Part shown: positions 59,931 through 64,000 of the stretch, piece by piece
Layout of the letters: every line of letters begins with the position of its first letter
Numbering within the stretch: the first letter of the stretch is position 1
Assembly (NCBI RefSeq): GCF_009914755.1
Contig: NC_060936.1
Origin: the human T2T-CHM13v2.0 reference genome, Homo sapiens
DNA: 64,000 nucleotides
Direction: 5' to 3' (one strand)
Position numbers and translations under genes: made by a program
The notes under the pieces: model-generated
What the model was told of the DNA's origin: nothing
What the model saw: only the letters and a program-made list of their open reading frames with translations
Database searches by the model: none

Positions 59931-62304
59931 ATTTGAGTGGGAGGTACATGAAGGCAGAGGGCAATGCTCCCTTCTCAGTAGGAACGTCATCTCGGACAGA
60001 TCATTACACAGCCCTCAGGAACAGTTCTTGCTATTTGCACAAGTATTTTCCAGGAGGAGATTCCAGGAGGAGGAACCTCAGGGTTCTGCAATCAGCACTG
60101 CCAAGGAGCAGTTTCTCGGTACTCCTCCTTGCCTCCCTTCCCTACCTGGGCCTCAGGAAGGAAAGGAGGAGGTACTCCCAGGAATTGTGGGGAGGGAGCA
60201 GAGGCCTGTAAGGTAAATACCTTTTTTCCCCCAACACTTAAAAAAGATGCTTTTCATGAATTTAAAACAAGTCTGTAATATTCATTACCAAGCTTAGCCT
60301 GTTACTCATTATGGAGAGGGAGGCATGGGATGGGAATGGGGGCAGGGATGGTACCCAGAAGACTGCAATTCCTTTTCTCCTGGATGTGGTTAAAGAAAAA
60401 CACTCCAGTTCTCTGGCTTCCTTGAGGGGGCAATTGTCCGTGGACACCTGGTTGTAGACCCTGGTGCTTGCTGGGGTGCTAATCTGTCCCTTCTCCTGTT
60501 CTGCATGTTCTTCCCCTGTTCTTCATTCTTCCCTATCTGGGTACAGTGTCCTATCCTAGACAGTGGGGTGGGGAATGTGGAACACAGAGGGAGGAGGTGA
60601 CCCTGCATTTACGAGGATGGAAGGTTGATTCCTGTATCTGGGACACGGACATAAGGGCCTTTACCTGGCCATCTCACGCTGATCCTAACTGACTTCACTG
60701 CTGTTTCTGTTACGCACCCATTGGCACTACAGTAATGCCTTGTTTCTCTGAGCTGGTGGAAGCTAACCAGTCATCTTGGTCAAATGTCAAAAGGTAAACT
60801 GCCTGAATTTTATAGGCAATTGCCAGAAAAAGCATCCTCAGAATCAATGTCCCTGGCTTTGAATAATTTCCAGGTGACACATCATGTACCTCTAAAAATC
60901 AAATTAATATTTGGAAATGGTCATTAAGAACCAAGATTGAGGAATAAAGTGGAGAGGCATTTGGGTTGAAAACTCTACTCGGTTATTTCATCATAAGGTT
61001 CCCATTCTCGTCTGGCTTCTAAACAGGTTCTGAAAATCAATTCAAAAGGGCAGATAATTTTGGAGCAATGAAAGCCCATTTGGGGTGAGTATGGCTTCCC
61101 AAGGTGACTAGTTTGAAGAATGTGGTGCTCATTTAGATGTAGAAGTTCTGGCTTATTTGTGACAAATCAATTCTCTTCTCCTTATTATCAAGTTTGAAAT
61201 TGGCCTTAGCAAGGTCTTTGGTACACTTAGGACATTCTAAATTTCTCTATCCCAAGGGTCTGGAGAATTGAGGAGTCATCAGACCTTAGGAAGTTACTGG
61301 GAATTAATCTGGAGAGGCTTCCTGGACCAAGAAGACTGTGGAGAGAGATGGAAGTGACAGCCTTCAATACTGGGGGTTGGTTAGCATAAGGACAACAGCG
61401 CTATCCTTGGATGCAGAATTTGGGCATATGAACTGAGCAGAATTGACTTGGGGAACCCTTAAAATAAGCGCACAACAGAGCTGAGGGCAGCAGCTGGTAG
61501 AAGGCTAAGATAAATTGTTAGAATGGAGTTTTAAACAGGAGGAGAGGAAAATCATCTTGGTTGTCTGCCATTCCTGCCTCTGAATAACTGGAGCCAATTC
61601 TAAAGTACTAATAGGGCCTGAGTAGGGTCTGGTACTCCCCAGTTTTGTGATGCACTCCCTTAATCCCTAGAGGTGGCAGGGGGTCAGGCCCAGCTGCATG
61701 GAGAGCCAATTGCCTCAGGGAGATGACTTAGACAAATAGGACTTTTATGTTCTTGTTAATTCGTGTGTGAGCCTGGGGCATTGTGGGAATGGAGCTGAGG
61801 AAAAAGGTTGCCAGTGAGGTTTGCAGGAAGCAACCGGCTTTGTTCTCTGCTGAGATTCAAGGAACTCCAGGAGGTTGCTTTCCTGAAATGCCCCTAACTG
61901 GCCACAAGCCCTGGCTCCCTTTGCCCCTCTGGCTCTCTTCTGGGTAGAATTCTGACCACTTCCCTTCTTCCTGTTCTGAGCTAATGACCAGGAAAGAAGC
62001 TGCTGGGTAGGTGGGAACATATAACCTCTTGAGAGACTTAGAGACTCTTCAAGGGGGAGGATTGAGCGAGAAGTCATTCCATCCCTTTCAGACTGGCAGA
62101 GAGAAGGGAAGCAACTGGTCTAGATTGAAGGTATAAAAGAGACTGTGAGAGACAAATTCCTTGTCTTTGGCTCTGCCATTTACTCTGTATAATTCTTGCT
62201 ATATCATGTTTTCCCTGTTTTATGCATTCGTAGTCCAGCTTTCTCAATGTGGGGTCAGTGGAGAAAGCCTCTAGATCTATCTGCTTTATGTAATACTTTT
62301 ATTT

Positions 62305-62638
62305 TTTATATATTTATTTATTTTTAGAGACAGAGTCTTGCTCTGTCACCCAGGAGTGCAGTGGTGTGGTCATAGCTCACTAACCTCAAACTCAAACTCC
62401 TGGGCTGAAAACAATCAATTAGCTCAGAGGATAAGCCTAATTCTCTGACTAGCCTCTGAGTAGCTGGGACTGCCAGCGTATGCCACCATGCCCAGCTAAT
62501 TGAAAAAAATGTTTTTTGTAGAGATGGGGGTCTCACTATGTTGCCTAGGCTGGTCTTGAACTCCTGGCCTCCAACAATCCTTCCTCTTTGGCCTCTCAAA
62601 GTGTTGGGATTATAGGCATGAGCTACTAAGCCAGGCCC
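62305..62638 (-). mobile_element. Alu (J-type) with a short internal insertion
   Basis: Dimeric Alu; taatactt..tttt repeat at both flanks. Confidence 0.85.
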
Positions 62639-63792
62639 TCTAATACTTATTTTTAATACATGTTGAATAGACTTAACCCTCCTTCCCACTGGGAGATATT
62701 CAACTCCCTTGTCAACATCTGTGTAGATTCTCAGGAGCTTCAACTCTTAAAATCACTGTGCCCTGTGATTTTCTCTAATGAATTATCATTTGTGTCTTGA
62801 TTCCTTCAGTTATTCCCTGTTCCCTGAATCCCTCCAAATATGGACACAGCTCCTTTCTCTGCATTTCTCTGGGCACCACCAATATAAGACTTTTGTCTTT
62901 GCTGAAAATTCCAACACAAAAACACTTTAACGATGCACATGAATCATCCATGCCCAAATTTAATTGGCCCTAGGGAACCTGAGCCATTGAAGTTCCCTGC
63001 TATGGGGAGCCTCACACCATCTCTCCTTAGACCTTAAGTCTCTCCTGGTTGTTCTCTTTTTCCTAGCACTCCATACCCATTTACTTAACTTCATTCTTCA
63101 TTTGTTCACTCAATACATGTTTATTGATTGCCTACCATATGCCAAATACTGCGTTAGTCACTGATACATTTAAGTAGTTTAGTTGTCTTTGTCTCCTACC
63201 GTCCAGGGGAAATTCATCTTTCTTCACTGAGAATGCAAAATGGACACTGGGTATGCCCCCATTTTGACTAATTGTGTATATCACATACTTCACATGCCTC
63301 AGAGACAAAACTTTTCATCCTGTGGTAAACTAAAAGAAACTCTGTCAAGCATTAGTCCTCCAAACAAATAAAGCCTTGGACCTTTATTCCATGAGTTGCT
63401 GACTCCCTAGTGAGGTGAAACTTATCTCTGACTTTTACAATATTGATGTCTGCAGATGACATAATAGCTCTTGCAGATATGGTAATCATGTGAGGAACTG
63501 CCGTTTTTATAACAGTGAAATAAGAAAGTGACCAACTGCTACTTCGCTGTTTTCCTTTACCTTCTGGTTATCTTACTCAGGGAGCCCAGCTCTAAAGGAA
63601 TTCTTTGCAAACACTGAAAATAAAAATATTTTAAATGTTCAAATTTGCCTCTTTCTGGCTTTCTTTTAGTATCACCCAAAGGTCGTTTCTTTTGATGTTA
63701 CCCGAAGCTCACTGAAACATTTTCTTATGCACAGAACCACGTACATCTGGACAGATTATGCCATCATTTTTGGAGGGCAGGAGATCTGCAGC

Positions 63793-64000
63793 CAGTTATT
63801 TTTTAAAATAAATTTTTCTGTAATAAGAATGATGCAATTTGGTTTGTATGTATGAGGAGGGCCTGGGAACAATGAGGAGTGTCTCACCAGGAGGTCCACA
63901 GTTATTTTTGTTATAAATTATTCAATAACAAGAATGATGCAATTGGTTTGTAGACATGAGGAGGGCCTGGGCAGAAAAGGAGAGTCCCACCTGAAGGATG
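63793..64000. repeat. ~106-bp diverged tandem repeat, at least 2 copies, runs off the window
   Basis: cagttattttt...aagaatgatgcaatt(t)ggtttgta...atgaggagggcctggg...ggag.gtc.cacc starting at 63793 and 63899. Confidence 0.85.

Overview
Human (or very close hominid) genomic DNA, recognisable as the chr12q13 exocrine-secretion cluster. Three minus-strand genes were reconstructed exon by exon from splice sites. (1) GLYCAM1 pseudogene (14885-17017): dead intron-1 donor and frameshifted exons 2 and 3, but an intact last exon. (2) LACRT/lacritin (37505-41453): 5 coding exons, 138 aa. (3) DCD/dermcidin (51330-54920): 5 coding exons, 110 aa. Every LACRT and DCD coding intron is phase 1, as is the inferred ancestral GLYCAM1 structure. 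The rest is mostly interspersed repeats: Alus, a 5'-truncated L1PA, MaLR/ERVL LTRs, DNA transposons, MIR, L2, old L1 and microsatellites. Most entries in the ORF track are repeat-derived noise. The most interesting signals come from comparing the window with itself. DCD intron 2 holds a decayed duplicate of the antimicrobial exon 4 together with its upstream intron. LACRT intron 4 holds a splice-competent paralog of the DCD alternative cassette exon. LACRT and DCD share conserved promoter and distal FOX/CEBP blocks. DCD keeps the empty site of the Alu in LACRT intron 4. The GLYCAM1 pseudogene keeps an open cationic amphipathic-helix exon with a possible in-frame rescue splice. There are weak traces of a fourth decayed family member at ~4.9-10.8 kb. 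All alignments were done by eye; gene, isoform and repeat-subfamily names are from recall, not from database searches.
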